DNA of 64,000 bases from Pyrinomonadaceae bacterium (GCA_035296285.1 DATHBF010000449.1:3182-67181), one strand, 5' to 3'; shown: positions 21,101 to 32,564, counted from the first letter of the stretch. Numbers and translations are program-made. Notes: generated by a model from the sequence alone, not told the origin.

Positions 21101-21483
21101 AGCTGCGCCGCGCCGCTGACCGTCACGGTCTCGCCTATCGAGCCGATTTCGAGCGTGAGGTCAACGACCACGCGGTCGGCGACGTGCACCTCGATGCCGG
21201 GCGCGACCGTCTTCTTAAACCCCGACGGGGCCGTGCTCACGGTGTACCGCCCCACGGGCAGGCTCGGCGCCGAGTAGGTGCCGTCCTCGCCTGTGCGGAC
21301 GGTGCGCGTCTGCCCGGTGGCCTCCTCGACGATCGTGACCTCGGCCCCGGACACGGCCGCGCCCTGCGGGTCGCGCACCGTGCCGCTGATGCTGCCGACG
21401 GTGCTCGTCTGGGCGCTGGCGACGCCCGCAAGGCCGGCCGCCAGCAAAACCAGCACGACGCTCAGACCGAAAATCTTTTTCAT
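18106..21483 (-). CDS. TonB-dependent receptor with N-terminal carboxypeptidase-regulatory-like domain
   Basis: Begins MKKIFGLSVVLVLLAAGLAGVASAQTSTVGSISGTVRDPQGAAVSGAEVTIVEEATGQTR..., a CarboxypepD_reg domain. This is followed by plug-like and long beta-barrel sequence ending in ...EIQFGLKFGF, with the C-terminal aromatic residue typical of outer-membrane barrels. Confidence 0.85.
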   Translation of the reverse strand: MKKIFGLSVVLVLLAAGLAGVASAQTSTVGSISGTVRDPQGAAVSGAEVTIVEEATGQTRTVRTGEDGTYSAPSLPVGRYTVSTAPSGFKKTVAPGIEVHVADRVVVDLTLEIGSIGETVTVSGAAQLVESESGKVSSLVSEKQVTELPLNGRNYAALVTLVPGLSAPNEGGAFGTRGTGLDSHVDVSVNGNQSNANMWTVDGVNNMDVGSNATLLVFPSIDSIAEFRVERNSFSAEYGQAQGAVINLVTKGGTNTFHGSLFEFFRNDKLNANDWFTNQSGGKRPKLRYNNFGGNFNGPIVKDRAFFFWSEEWRRERRGTPLRALVPTAAERRGDFSGALTGNLPWDPTTCTRDTNGNRVFSAATCQRFPGNIIPQSRLSPAGLAMMNVFPLPNSVDDPTGRKTGANWSDSPLQPVNTRQDLIRGDIAITDKMNLMVRYINETWVHGEASGNFWGDTPFPTLSSDWEQPSHSFAVKLANTINPTTVNEFQFSKAGNDIFVSTSAVGQTLNEQVAAVFPTVFPRVAGTGFPTVGWGAGGYGNLWHQAPWENHQDLFIWKDDLSKVFGPHSTKFGVLFSHNKKDEQPSGGSGVYTVQTDGGRTNSLITDLLLRDLPILQYTELQRQDMTLGRWRDFEFYGNDTWKAHPRLTLTLGLRYSYFPPAFSADDRITNWIPERFDGVNLNSGYVRADQAEAAGLPRALVNAYKHGFQPRVGLAWGITDDGKTALRLGFGRYMSRSNVIASLLRLSLNPPWTTQVDTGWNPGAVSLADCPTCRTLDNANAAVLAARAQDVGAVNSVDPNFRPPESWQWNLTVSREVMKNTVAEVSYVGNHGLHIWRLINGSYNAVRPQFRQQVANGADANSPGFRRFGFSNAVTRDESTGDSNYHAMQVWIDRRFTDGLAFQTAYTWSHTISNVPTQSYISATTDVFNYDIDRGDADLDRRHSLVFNAVYALPSFKDRGRLANAVLGDWQFNTIASFYSGTPLNIITGVDRAGLGNATVQRPNLVAGQPVYLDNPGDRSLLINRLAFALPAPGTFGNLPRGYVRAPGIKNVDFSFAKNWRMRERYNIQFRGEMFNVFNLVNYRGHNASVAPFGIENNLGNSAFGRAGSTRGPREIQFGLKFGF

Positions 21484-21939
21484 GACTCGGGCTCTCCTGA
21501 CGCGTTCGGGCCGGCCCTCGTCTGGAGGCCCGAATCAAATTCAAACAGGTGTGGAGAAGGTCTAACGGCTCGCCGCGCCCCCGGAAGTTCGGGAGCATCA
21601 TTGACTATCTTGTCGATAATAGAACGAAGCCGGAGCCAAATTTCGGAGCCGGTGCGGACAGATTAGGACGTGGATACACTCTAAACCCTTTATTTATCAG
21701 GACGAAAGTTACTGTCAGTAAGATACGCTGTCCCTCGCGTTCGGGCGCGTATTTCCCGGGAAAATCCGCACGTTACAGCGGCGATGTAACCTCGTTACAC
21801 GCGCCGAGTTGTTGAGAAACAACGCGCCGGCTTATAATTCGGGCCGCCGTAACTCGTTGGCCCCGGCCTTTGTAGGAATACCGAACAAATATTTCTCATT
21901 CACAAGCGGCGGCGCTCTTTCGGCTTCCCGTTCGGGAGT

Positions 21940-23322
21940 ATGGAATTAGACAGGGAACAGAAGCTCGCGCAGTTGGAGAAGGTTCTCCAGAGCCGCACGC
22001 TCCAGAACTCGGAGAGCCTGAAGGCATTCCTGCGCTTCGTCGTGGAGAAGACGCTGGACGATCAGGGCGCGCTCCTCAAGGAGTACACCATCGCCACGGA
22101 GGTCTTCGGCCGTAACAGCGACTACGACCCGCGCATCGATTCGGTCGTGCGCGTGCAGGCCGGGAGGCTGCGGACGAAGCTTCAGGAGTATTACACCACC
22201 GAGGGCAAGGGCGACTCGGTCGTCATCGACCTGCCGAAGGGCCACTACTACCCGGTCTTCACCTGCCCGCGCCCGGATGCCCCGCAGGATTCTCCGCCGC
22301 TCGCCGTCCTGCCGCCGGCCGAGGCGCCCGCGACGAACGGGCACGCCGCACCCGCCGCACACGCCGAGGGACAACGCGCGCGGGGCAGGGCGAGGGCGTT
22401 CGTCGTGCCGGCGCTCTGCGCCGCCGTCGCCCTGCTGGGCATGGCGGCGCTCGCGCTCTACGCGTCCAACCGGGAGTTGCGACGGCAGGCCGCGGCGGCG
22501 GCCGCCCCCGACCCTTCGCTCGACAACGAAGACTTCAAGGCCGTCTGGGGGCCGTTCGTGGACGAGCCGGAGCCGCCGCTGCTCGTCCTGAGCAACCCGA
22601 CCGTCTACCGCTTCCTGAACAAGGCCGACCCGGAGTCGCTGGCGCGGCGCGCCATGGAGTTGAGCCCCGCGCAGACGCGCGCGCTCGTCGAGGCGCCGGA
22701 GTTCAAAGGCCAGTGGACGGGCGGCGAGTCGCCCAAACTCATCCCCTCGCTCGGCATGTACACGGGGATGGGCGAGGCCATCGGGCTCTACCGCCTGACC
22801 GACCTCTTCCGGGCCGCGGACAAGGGCATCATGCTCCGCCAGAGCCGGCAAGTCTCGGCCGCCGACCTGAAGTACCGCAACGTGGTCCTGCTCGGCAGCA
22901 TTTACGTCAACGAGTGGACGCGCCGGCTGCCCACGGTCGAGAACTTCAACTACACCTTCAACGCGACCATCGAGAACCGCGACCCGCGGCCCGGCGAGGA
23001 GCGCGAGTACAAGCCGCAGTTCAACCCCGAGACGGGCGGCCTCTCCGTCGACTACGCGCTCGTCACGGTCAAGCCGAACGTCTCCGGCGAGCACGCGGTG
23101 ATGACGCTCGCCGGCATCTTCAGCGAGGGGACGGAGGCCGCGGCCGAGTTCGTCACCACTCGCAACCACCTCGCGGTCCTCGGCCAGAGCCTCCGCCAGC
23201 TCGGCGGGCAGCGGCCCCCGCCGAAGTACTACCAGGCGCTCCTCAAAGTCGAAGTCGAGAACGGCACGCCGACCACCATCACCCTCCTCTCGCTGCGCGC
23301 GCTCCCCGCGCCGAGCAAGTAA
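21940..23322 (+). CDS. single-pass membrane protein with a cytoplasmic N-terminal helical (possibly DNA-binding/signalling) module and a periplasmic C-terminal domain
   Basis: The N-terminal stretch SESLKAFLRFVVEKTLDDQGALLKEYTIATEVFGRNSDYDPRIDSVVRVQAGRLRTKLQEYY resembles a module I recall at the N-terminus of many multidomain signalling proteins. This is from memory and not verified. A Pro/Ala linker and one TM helix (FVVPALCAAVALLGMAALALYA) follow. Confidence 0.5.
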   Translation: MELDREQKLAQLEKVLQSRTLQNSESLKAFLRFVVEKTLDDQGALLKEYTIATEVFGRNSDYDPRIDSVVRVQAGRLRTKLQEYYTTEGKGDSVVIDLPKGHYYPVFTCPRPDAPQDSPPLAVLPPAEAPATNGHAAPAAHAEGQRARGRARAFVVPALCAAVALLGMAALALYASNRELRRQAAAAAAPDPSLDNEDFKAVWGPFVDEPEPPLLVLSNPTVYRFLNKADPESLARRAMELSPAQTRALVEAPEFKGQWTGGESPKLIPSLGMYTGMGEAIGLYRLTDLFRAADKGIMLRQSRQVSAADLKYRNVVLLGSIYVNEWTRRLPTVENFNYTFNATIENRDPRPGEEREYKPQFNPETGGLSVDYALVTVKPNVSGEHAVMTLAGIFSEGTEAAAEFVTTRNHLAVLGQSLRQLGGQRPPPKYYQALLKVEVENGTPTTITLLSLRALPAPSK

Positions 23323-23334
23323 GAGCAGGGCGGC

Positions 23335-23982
23335 TCACCTCTTGCGCGCGTCGCCGAGCCTCTCGGCCGTCCTCTTAATGCCGTCACTGAGGAGGAGGAT
23401 GTGCCGCAGGTCGCGGTCGGCCTTGGCCGACTGGTTCACGTCCACCACCGCCGGCTCTTTGAAGACGGGGTTCTCCGTGAAGCTGTCTATGCGCTTGCAC
23501 ATCGTCACCAGCGCGTCCCTCATCTGCCCTTCGCCGATCTCGACCGGCTCCTTTCTTTCGCCCTCCGCGGTGCCGGCGCGCGTGAGGTAAGTTTTCAGCC
23601 GCCCGGCGCGCCTGTTGATCTCCTCCGCCTCTTCGGCAATGAACTTGTAGTCGAGCGGCTTTTCCGAGCGGAGGTGACGCACCACCTTGTTGCGCAGGAC
23701 CTGGATACTCTTGAAGTCGTCCTTCACCTGTTCGGCGGCGGCCTCCGCGCCGCGCCGGTCCTCTTTCTTCGGGCCGCCCAGTATCTCAAGGCTGCGGAGT
23801 TGAGCCTCGCGCTGCTGCCTCTCGCGTGCCTCGGCCAGGGGGTCGCGGTTGCCCGGGGCCGGCGGGCCGGGGAGCGTGCTCTGCTGCGCGCGCGCCGGGA
23901 GGGCCGCAAAAACGCACGAGAGGCACGCCGCCCCCGCGAAGCCGATCACGACTCTTGCCACGGGCGCCCGGTGGTTCAGCAT
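23335..23982 (-). CDS. secreted hypothetical protein (paralog A)
   Basis: Has a signal peptide. The central segment VKDDFKSIQVLRNKVVRHLRSEKPLDYKFIAEEAEEINRRAGRLKTYL aligns with the divergent neighbour. Confidence 0.5.
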   Translation of the reverse strand: MLNHRAPVARVVIGFAGAACLSCVFAALPARAQQSTLPGPPAPGNRDPLAEARERQQREAQLRSLEILGGPKKEDRRGAEAAAEQVKDDFKSIQVLRNKVVRHLRSEKPLDYKFIAEEAEEINRRAGRLKTYLTRAGTAEGERKEPVEIGEGQMRDALVTMCKRIDSFTENPVFKEPAVVDVNQSAKADRDLRHILLLSDGIKRTAERLGDARKR

Positions 23983-24158
23983 CGCCGTCCTCCCTCGACC
24001 TTTAATCCGCGGGTGACATATTACAACACTGCCCTCGCCCTCTCATCGGCGAGAGAAACGGGGAGTGATATCATGCCGGCCGGGAACTTCTCTTGAGGCA
24101 CACGCGCCGACCTCGTTAACATTGCGCTTCATGGCGCCACGTCGAAGAAAGGCGGCTT

Positions 24159-24782
24159 ATGGTGGACCACTCGTCAAAGCCCGTCCTCAGCGCAGCGGCG
24201 GCTCTCCTCTTCGCGGCCTTCACCGTGGGGGCGCAAGACCAGGCGGCTCGGAATGCCGAGCGGGTCGCACGCGAGCGGATGGCCCGCGAGGCCGCCGATA
24301 GCGAGGAGCGCGAGATGATGCTCGCGCTGACCGAGCGCTACCACAGGTCGGGCGAGCAGCGCGAGCCGCGCCTGGCGTTCGCGCAGATCAGGGAAGACTT
24401 CGTGCGCCTACAGGTCGTCAACAACGACCTGGCGCGGGCCGTCTCCGGCGGGGCGCCACTCGACTTTAAACTCGTCTCTAAGTCCGCCTCGGAGATAAAG
24501 AAGCGGGCCGAGCGGCTGAAGGAGAACCTGGCGCTGCCCGAGGCGGACGGGGGCGAGAAGCCCCCCGCGTCCCCTGCGCCGACGGACCCGGAGCAGTTAC
24601 GGACGGCGCTCTCGCGCCTCGACGGAATCGTACTCAGGTTCACGAACTCCCTCCACGCGAAGGGCCTCCGGCGTTTCGACGCCCAGTCGTCCGCCAGGCT
24701 GCGGCTCGACCTTGAGGCCATCATCGGGCTGAGCGAGCGTGTGAAGAAGGGCAGCGAGAAGCTGGGCGAAGCTGACCGCTAA
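24159..24782 (+). CDS. secreted hypothetical protein (paralog B)
   Basis: Has a signal peptide. IREDFVRLQVVNNDLARAVSGGAPLDFKLVSKSASEIKKRAERLKENL aligns with the 23335-23982 product. Confidence 0.5.
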   Translation: MVDHSSKPVLSAAAALLFAAFTVGAQDQAARNAERVARERMAREAADSEEREMMLALTERYHRSGEQREPRLAFAQIREDFVRLQVVNNDLARAVSGGAPLDFKLVSKSASEIKKRAERLKENLALPEADGGEKPPASPAPTDPEQLRTALSRLDGIVLRFTNSLHAKGLRRFDAQSSARLRLDLEAIIGLSERVKKGSEKLGEADR

Positions 24783-24906
24783 ACCGGGGCGCCAACAGCG
24801 ACCCGCCTCACGCCCTTCTCCTCCCACCCCCGAGCCTTTTTTGATCCCTTTCGTCCCGCCTTCACGCGTTCTGAATCAGGGCAACGCAGTCCGCCGCCCG
24901 AACCCT

Positions 24907-25815
24907 ATGAAAAACTCGGCAAAAAGTCTCCGCCGCGCGGCGGCCACCCTCTGCTTGATCTGTGTGCTGTCGGCGGCGGCGGGGGCGCAGGCGACTTCCA
25001 ATAAGAAGGTCCGCGAGCTTCGGCTCGGCGAGACGCTCATCAAAGTCAACGTCTACGAGAAGGCGGGCGGGGCGGCCGTCACCTTCTTCGCGCCGCACCA
25101 CGACGAGCGCACGGCCGGGCTCACGGCGCGCGAGGCAGTCGAGCGTCGCGGCGGCCGACTCGTGGAGATCGAATCCCTCGACGAAGCGGGCCGCCCCGCC
25201 CGCCGCCTCCGCTTCACGGTCGGCGGGAAGCCCCACAGCGTAGACCCCAACAGGATTTACACCGACAACGGACGCCGCTGCGCCTCCCAAGGCCCCGAGG
25301 CCGACGCGGCCGTCAAGAGCTTCGCCGACGCCCTGCTCAAAATCATCCTCCCGCCCGAGGCCAGAGGGCCGCGCTTCGTCGTCGCCGTCCACAACAACAT
25401 AGACTTCGACTCGAAGAGCCCGAAGGACCGGGCCGGGGATTTGACGGCGTCGGCGTACGCGAGGACGGCGAGGCTCGAAGCGACCCCGCCGGGGGGCTTT
25501 CACGAGTCGGCTGCGGGCGTCTACCTGTCGAACGCGGAAGGCGACGCCGACAACTTCGTCATCGTCTCGGCCGCGCGCCTGATGCCGCACTTCGCCGGGG
25601 TCGGCTTCAACGTCGTCGTCCAGCGGCCGGCGGCCGACCTGCGCGGCGAGAGGTGCGGCGTGGACGACGGCTCCTTCTCCGTCTACGCCGCGCAGCAGGA
25701 CATTCTCTACGTCTGCCTCGAAGCCGACGCCCTCGGCGGCGCCGAGCGCCAGCGCCAGATGCTCGAAGCCGTCTACGACCTCCTGCCCCGACTCTCCGAG
25801 ATGTCGGCGAAATAA
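24907..25815 (+). CDS. secreted putative zinc amidohydrolase (M14 / N-formylglutamate-amidohydrolase-like motifs)
   Basis: Start taken at MKNSAKSLRRAAATLCLICVLSAAAGAQA. Motifs are FAPHHDE (HxxE), DPNRIYT and VAVHNN (a possible third ligand). The functional call is weak. Confidence 0.4.
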   Translation: MKNSAKSLRRAAATLCLICVLSAAAGAQATSNKKVRELRLGETLIKVNVYEKAGGAAVTFFAPHHDERTAGLTAREAVERRGGRLVEIESLDEAGRPARRLRFTVGGKPHSVDPNRIYTDNGRRCASQGPEADAAVKSFADALLKIILPPEARGPRFVVAVHNNIDFDSKSPKDRAGDLTASAYARTARLEATPPGGFHESAAGVYLSNAEGDADNFVIVSAARLMPHFAGVGFNVVVQRPAADLRGERCGVDDGSFSVYAAQQDILYVCLEADALGGAERQRQMLEAVYDLLPRLSEMSAK

Positions 25816-25857
25816 GAGCGAAGGTTTTCGTGATGCTTTTGCCCGCCCCGTCACGCG

Positions 25858-26802
25858 TTGTTGTGTGGAGGCACAGTGACCATGTTGACGGGCGCGTTGA
25901 AGAGATTGGTTTACGTCTTACTGCTGACGGCGGCGGCGGGCCCGACCTGCCTCGCCAACGGCAGAGTCGTGAAGACGCCCGCACCTTTAAGAGAGGCGAC
26001 CGCGAGGATGGGGATTGACAGGAACGGCGCCGCCGCCCCGTTCGGCGAAGCCCTCAAGAACGTACTGGCCCGGCGCGGCCTCGGCGCGAGCCCCGCGCGC
26101 GCGGGCGACGCCGTCGAGGGGCGCATCCTGCGCGAGTACGGCGCCGTCTTCGTGGCCTCCGAGCAGGTCACGACGCCGCCCGTCTGCATGTTCACGAGCG
26201 CCGAGCAGGTCGCCTCGTTCCAGCACCCCTCGCGCGTCGCCGCGGCCGTCGTCGGCGGCGCGACCGTCGAGCTACAGCCCGCGGCCCTGCGCGCCCTGCT
26301 CGCCGCGCGCGAGGAGGCTTTGCGGGCCGGCCTCGACATCACGCCGCGCGACGGCTCGGAGGCGGGCCGCCGCGTCTACGCCGACACGCTCCGGCTCTGG
26401 GACTCGCGCCTCCTCCCCGCCCTCGACCACTGGCAGGAGCGCGGGCGCCTGACGCGCGCCGACGCCGACCGCCTCCGCTCGCTGCCCGTCCGCGAGCAGG
26501 TGGGCGCCGTCTTAGAGTTCGAGCAGCGCGGCATCTACTTCGCCAGGGGCTTTACTAAATCCATCCTCCACTCGGTCGCCGCGCCCGGCACCTCGCAGCA
26601 CCTCTCGCTGCTCGCCTTCGACGCCAACGAGTACGCCAACGAGCAGGTGCGCCGCATCCTCGCCCGCCACGGCTGGTTCCGCACCGTCCGCAACGACCTC
26701 CCGCACTTCACCTACCTCGGCCGCCCCGAGCGCGACCTGCCCGCCCACGGCCTCGTCAAGCTCACGGGCCGTGACGGCGAGTTCTGGGTCCCCAACGTCT
26801 GA
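25858..26802 (+). CDS. secreted LAS-type metallopeptidase-like protein (peptidase M15 / VanY-like)
   Basis: PGTSQHLSLLAFD is the SxHxxGxAxD-like H-x6-D motif. HGWFRTVRNDLPHFTYLG provides the distal His. An alternative start lies at 25882. Confidence 0.45.
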   Translation: MLCGGTVTMLTGALKRLVYVLLLTAAAGPTCLANGRVVKTPAPLREATARMGIDRNGAAAPFGEALKNVLARRGLGASPARAGDAVEGRILREYGAVFVASEQVTTPPVCMFTSAEQVASFQHPSRVAAAVVGGATVELQPAALRALLAAREEALRAGLDITPRDGSEAGRRVYADTLRLWDSRLLPALDHWQERGRLTRADADRLRSLPVREQVGAVLEFEQRGIYFARGFTKSILHSVAAPGTSQHLSLLAFDANEYANEQVRRILARHGWFRTVRNDLPHFTYLGRPERDLPAHGLVKLTGRDGEFWVPNV

Positions 26803-27087
26803 CGCGGCAGTTGTTAGATAGCGAGAGGCCGACCTGACGCCCGGCATCACCCGTGCATCCACTCAACGTACATGAGAGGCAGCGTGATAGGGCGTCGGGT
26901 GCATGCCGTTGTTGGGCGGCGCGTTGGAAATCACATGCGCATATGAGAGCGAATGAGGCGCGCTATTTTTTGTTTTCCGTGCTTCTCAAGATGCGCAACA
27001 AATACGGGCCAAGGCGGTATGTTGCTTCGATATGGTTCATCACCCGGCGTACCGCCCCGAGATTCCGGAATAACTTGTGGGTCCGGC

Positions 27088-29780
<2,693 letters not shown>

Positions 29781-29781
<1 letters not shown>

Positions 29782-30125
29782 CACGCACCTCCTTCGGACA
29801 GCTTGAGGATGAGGCCGACGGCCTCGGCCAGGCGGAGCCAGCCCGCGGTCTCGGTTTCGAGCTGCGCCCGCCCTTTGCGCGTCAGCTTGTAGAACTTGGC
29901 CTCGCGCCCGGTCTCGGTCGCCTTCCAGTCGGCCGCCAGCAGGCCGCGGTTTTCGAGCCGGTGCAGCGCCGGGTAGAGCGAGCCCTGCGGAACCTGGACC
30001 ACGCCGCGCGACGCCTGGTCGAGGCGCTGCGCGATGGCGTAGCCGTGGACGGGGCCGAGGGCGACGATTTTAAGGATGAGTAGGTCCAGCGTTCCTTGGG
30101 GCAGGTCTGATTTTGTCTGGGTCAG
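29781..30125 (-). CDS. PadR family transcriptional regulator (apparent non-canonical start)
   Basis: The track ORF (29781-30002) is N-terminally truncated. The same frame reads upstream ...TQTKSDLPQGTLDLLILKIVALGPVHGYAIAQRLDQASRGVVQVPQGSLYPALHRLENRGLL, a complete PadR winged helix. There is no in-frame ATG, GTG or TTG upstream. CTG at 30125-30123 lies 9 nt after AGGAGG (30140-30135). Confidence 0.8.
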
Positions 30126-30141
30126 CGTGGGACACCTCCTT

Positions 30142-30172
30142 CTTCTACATATAACAGCGTCACATGTAGAAG
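30142..30172. promoter_or_regulatory. 9-bp inverted repeat CTTCTACAT-N13-ATGTAGAAG upstream of the PadR gene (candidate PadR operator)
   Basis: Perfect arms were read directly from the sequence, immediately 5' of the PadR Shine-Dalgarno. Characterised PadR operators contain ATGT/ACAT half-sites, but the arrangement here (ACAT-N13-ATGT) differs from the classical ATGT-N8-ACAT. Confidence 0.45.
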
Positions 30173-30210
30173 CACAAGGTATACGCCGCGACTCGAAAAA
30201 AGTTCTCCGG

Positions 30211-31335
30211 CTACAGTTTTTTGACGAAGCACCGGCCGGGGAGCTGCCTCACGAGGTCCCGCATCTCAAGGCCGAGCAGCACGCCGGCCAGCTCCTGCAC
30301 GGGCGCGCCGCTCCGCTCGGCCAGCGCGTCGATGTGCGCGGGCTCGTCCGTCGAGAGCAGCTCGTAGACGGCGCGCTCCCGGTCGGAGAGGTGGGGCGTC
30401 GCCTGTGGACTCGGCGAGGCGTGCGCGTCCGTCTTCAGCTCGGGCGGGAGCAGGCGGGCGGCGATGTCGGGCGGGAACTCGGAGGCCACGTCCTGCCACT
30501 GCTGGACGAGCTTGGCGCCGGCGCCCTTGATGAGGAAGTTGGTGCCGAAGGAGTTGCGGGAGGTGATGTTGCCGGGGACGGCGTAGACCTCGCGGTCCTG
30601 CTCCATCGCCAGGCGGGCGGTGATGAGCGAGCCGCTGTTCTCGGCGGCCTCGACCACGACGACGCCGAGCGAGAGGCCGCTGATGATGCGGTTGCGGTAG
30701 GGGAAGTTCTCGGCGACGGGCGGCGTCCCCAGCGGGAACTGCGTGACGAGCGCGCCGCCCTTCTCAAGAATCTCGGCGGCCAGCTTCGAGTGGTCGCGCG
30801 GGTAAATCTCGTCGAGCCCCGTGCCGAGGACGGCGACGGTGCGGCCGCCGGCTTCGAGGGCGCCGCGGTGCGCGGCGGCGTCTATGCCGCGCGCCAGCCC
30901 CGAGACGATGGTCACGCCGCGCGAGGCCAGGTCGCGCGCCAGCATCGAGGCCACGTTCTGCCCGTAGGTCGAGCAGCGGCGCGAGCCGACGACGCCGACG
31001 CACGGCGCCTCAAGACACTCGGCCCAGCGGCCCCGGACGTAGAGCGTGATGGGCGGGTCCGCGATCTCGCGCAAGAGCTGCGGGTACGAGCCGTCGTCGA
31101 GGACGAGGATGTCTGCGCCCTCCATCGCGCGCACGCGCTCCAGCTCGCGCGCGGCCTCCTCGTGGCGGTCGCGCAGGGCGATGGACTCGACGGCCTCGGG
31201 CCGCAGCCTGAGTCGCTCCAGCTCGGACCTCAGGGCGCCGTAGACGCCCTCGGCCGAGCCGAAGCGTTCGAGCAGCCGCGCGGCCGCGCGCGGGCCGACG
31301 CCCGGCGTCATGTTCAGAGCTATCCACTCTTTCAT
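30211..31335 (-). CDS. dprA: DNA-processing protein DprA (Smf)
   Basis: Begins MKEWIALNMTPGVGPRAAARLLERFGSAEGVY (SAM-like N-terminus). Rossmann core ...VGSRRCSTYG...IVSGLARGIDAAAH...GRTVAVLGTGLD.IYP. C-terminal winged helix. Confidence 0.85.
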   Translation of the reverse strand: MKEWIALNMTPGVGPRAAARLLERFGSAEGVYGALRSELERLRLRPEAVESIALRDRHEEAARELERVRAMEGADILVLDDGSYPQLLREIADPPITLYVRGRWAECLEAPCVGVVGSRRCSTYGQNVASMLARDLASRGVTIVSGLARGIDAAAHRGALEAGGRTVAVLGTGLDEIYPRDHSKLAAEILEKGGALVTQFPLGTPPVAENFPYRNRIISGLSLGVVVVEAAENSGSLITARLAMEQDREVYAVPGNITSRNSFGTNFLIKGAGAKLVQQWQDVASEFPPDIAARLLPPELKTDAHASPSPQATPHLSDRERAVYELLSTDEPAHIDALAERSGAPVQELAGVLLGLEMRDLVRQLPGRCFVKKL

Positions 31336-31425
31336 GGGGATGATTTAATTGCTGATCGGAAATTGCGGAAAGGTGGTGGGTGACTCAGGCGTCAGAAATC
31401 CCGAGTCCGAAATCCGCAATCGAGT

Positions 31426-31524
31426 TGGCGGAGGCGTGTGGGAATCGAACCCACCCGCGCCTGCTCTCACAGTCGCGCTGACGGTTTTGAAGACCGCGCC
31501 GCTCACCAGAACGGATGCGCCTCC
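31426..31524 (-). tRNA. selC: tRNA-Sec (anticodon UCA)
   Basis: The reverse complement is GGAGGCGCATCCGTTCTGGTGAGCGGCGCGGTCTTCAAAACCGTCAGCGCGACTGTGAGAGCAGGCGCGGGTGGGTTCGATTCCCACACGCCTCCGCCA (99 nt). It has an extended acceptor stem. The D-stem is 6 bp (CCGTTC/GAGCGG) with a 4-nt loop (TGGT), a tRNA-Sec hallmark. The anticodon loop is CU-UCA-AA. It also has a long variable arm, a T-arm GTGGG-TTCGATT-CCCAC and an encoded CCA. The layout parallels E. coli selC. Confidence 0.85.
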
Positions 31525-31653
31525 ACTGCCGCGAGGAGTCTAGAACCTAAGCGCCGGGGGCGCCGGCTGTCAAGCGGGGCCGCCCGTCGGCGTTGACGCT
31601 TGCGCCCACCCGCGTGCTAGAATCCACGCCCACACAGGCAGCCCCGACAGAAG

Positions 31654-32217
31654 TTGACCCCGCCGCGGGTTGGCGCTCGCCGGGCCGGCCCGAAAGTGCG
31701 GGCGCCGGGGGGAGGCACCATCGCCAAGGTTCTTAAGTCTCTTGCAATACTCTTCATCACAGCGCCGATGTTCGGCGCCGCGCAGCAGCGTTGCGACCGC
31801 CCAGCGCCTTCGCCGCCGGCCGGGTCGGCCGCGCGTGTCGCATCGTCTCCCGCGCGCGCGGAGGGCGAGCGAATGAGCAGTCTGCCGAATGGGACTTGGG
31901 GGGGGCGCGGGGTGGTGCTCGTCGTCACGGCCGAGGGCGCCAGCGTCGAGTACGACTGCGCCAACGGGACCATTGAGGGGCGGATCGAATTAGACGCCGA
32001 CGGCCGCTTCGACGTGGCCGGCACCTTCGTGCCGGAGGGCGGGCCGGTCAGCGTCCCCGCCGACGGGGCCAAAGAGAGAAGCATTAAGGCCCGTTACGTC
32101 GGCCGCGTCGAAGGGAAGAAGATGACGCTGGACGTGAAGTTCCCCGAGACGGGGGGCGGCCCCGGCGCCCTCACGCTCACGCTCGGGCAGGAGCCCCGCC
32201 TGGAGAAGTGTTATTAG
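31654..32217 (+). CDS. small secreted hypothetical protein
   Basis: Signal-like segment KVLKSLAILFITAPMFGAAQQ. The start is uncertain: TTG at 31654 or an internal GTG near 31696. No recognisable family. Confidence 0.45.
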   Translation: MTPPRVGARRAGPKVRAPGGGTIAKVLKSLAILFITAPMFGAAQQRCDRPAPSPPAGSAARVASSPARAEGERMSSLPNGTWGGRGVVLVVTAEGASVEYDCANGTIEGRIELDADGRFDVAGTFVPEGGPVSVPADGAKERSIKARYVGRVEGKKMTLDVKFPETGGGPGALTLTLGQEPRLEKCY

Positions 32218-32564
32218 CCGGGGCGCCGGGAGGGAAAAAATCTTTGTTGGCGAATCGCCGCGCCTGCTTTATTATTCGTCCGCTCTACGTGAAATCAGAT
32301 TGACACCGGCGTGTCCGGGTCAGCGGGGCCGGCCCTTTTTGGCCAGCCGATTCCGGCCCCAGCCTTTGCCGCAAAGTTCACCTTACTTCTAACAGCCGCT
32401 CCCGAGGCCGTCTCGCGTTAGATGGTCCGAACGGTTCTACAGAATTTGACGGAGGGGAACGTCCGAGGGCGTCGAACTCCAACCTCGCTGAGCGCGAACG
32501 TCTGCGACCCCGTGGCGGCCATCGCTCCAACCGCCACCGATCTAAGAAGGAAGAGGTAAATCCC

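Noticed and set aside
12890-21483. TonB-dependent receptor / TPR / CRTAC1(ASPIC-UnbV) / TPR operon as a novel system
   Set aside because: This gene arrangement is, to my knowledge, common in Acidobacteriota and related phyla, so it is annotated but not highlighted.
19549-21666. 705-aa ORF on the plus strand
   Set aside because: It is antisense to the TonB-dependent receptor gene. It is an Arg/Ala/Gly-rich artefact frame with no motifs.
26803-27087. Moderately AT-richer convergent intergenic region with a short palindrome (ATGCGCAT) and a T-run (GCGCGCTATTTTTTGTTTT)
   Set aside because: It has no stable stem-loop, repeat structure or credible small ORF. It is most likely ordinary terminator/spacer DNA.
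31349-31543. 64-aa ORF
   Set aside because: It overlaps the tRNA-Sec gene on the opposite strand, so it is spurious.
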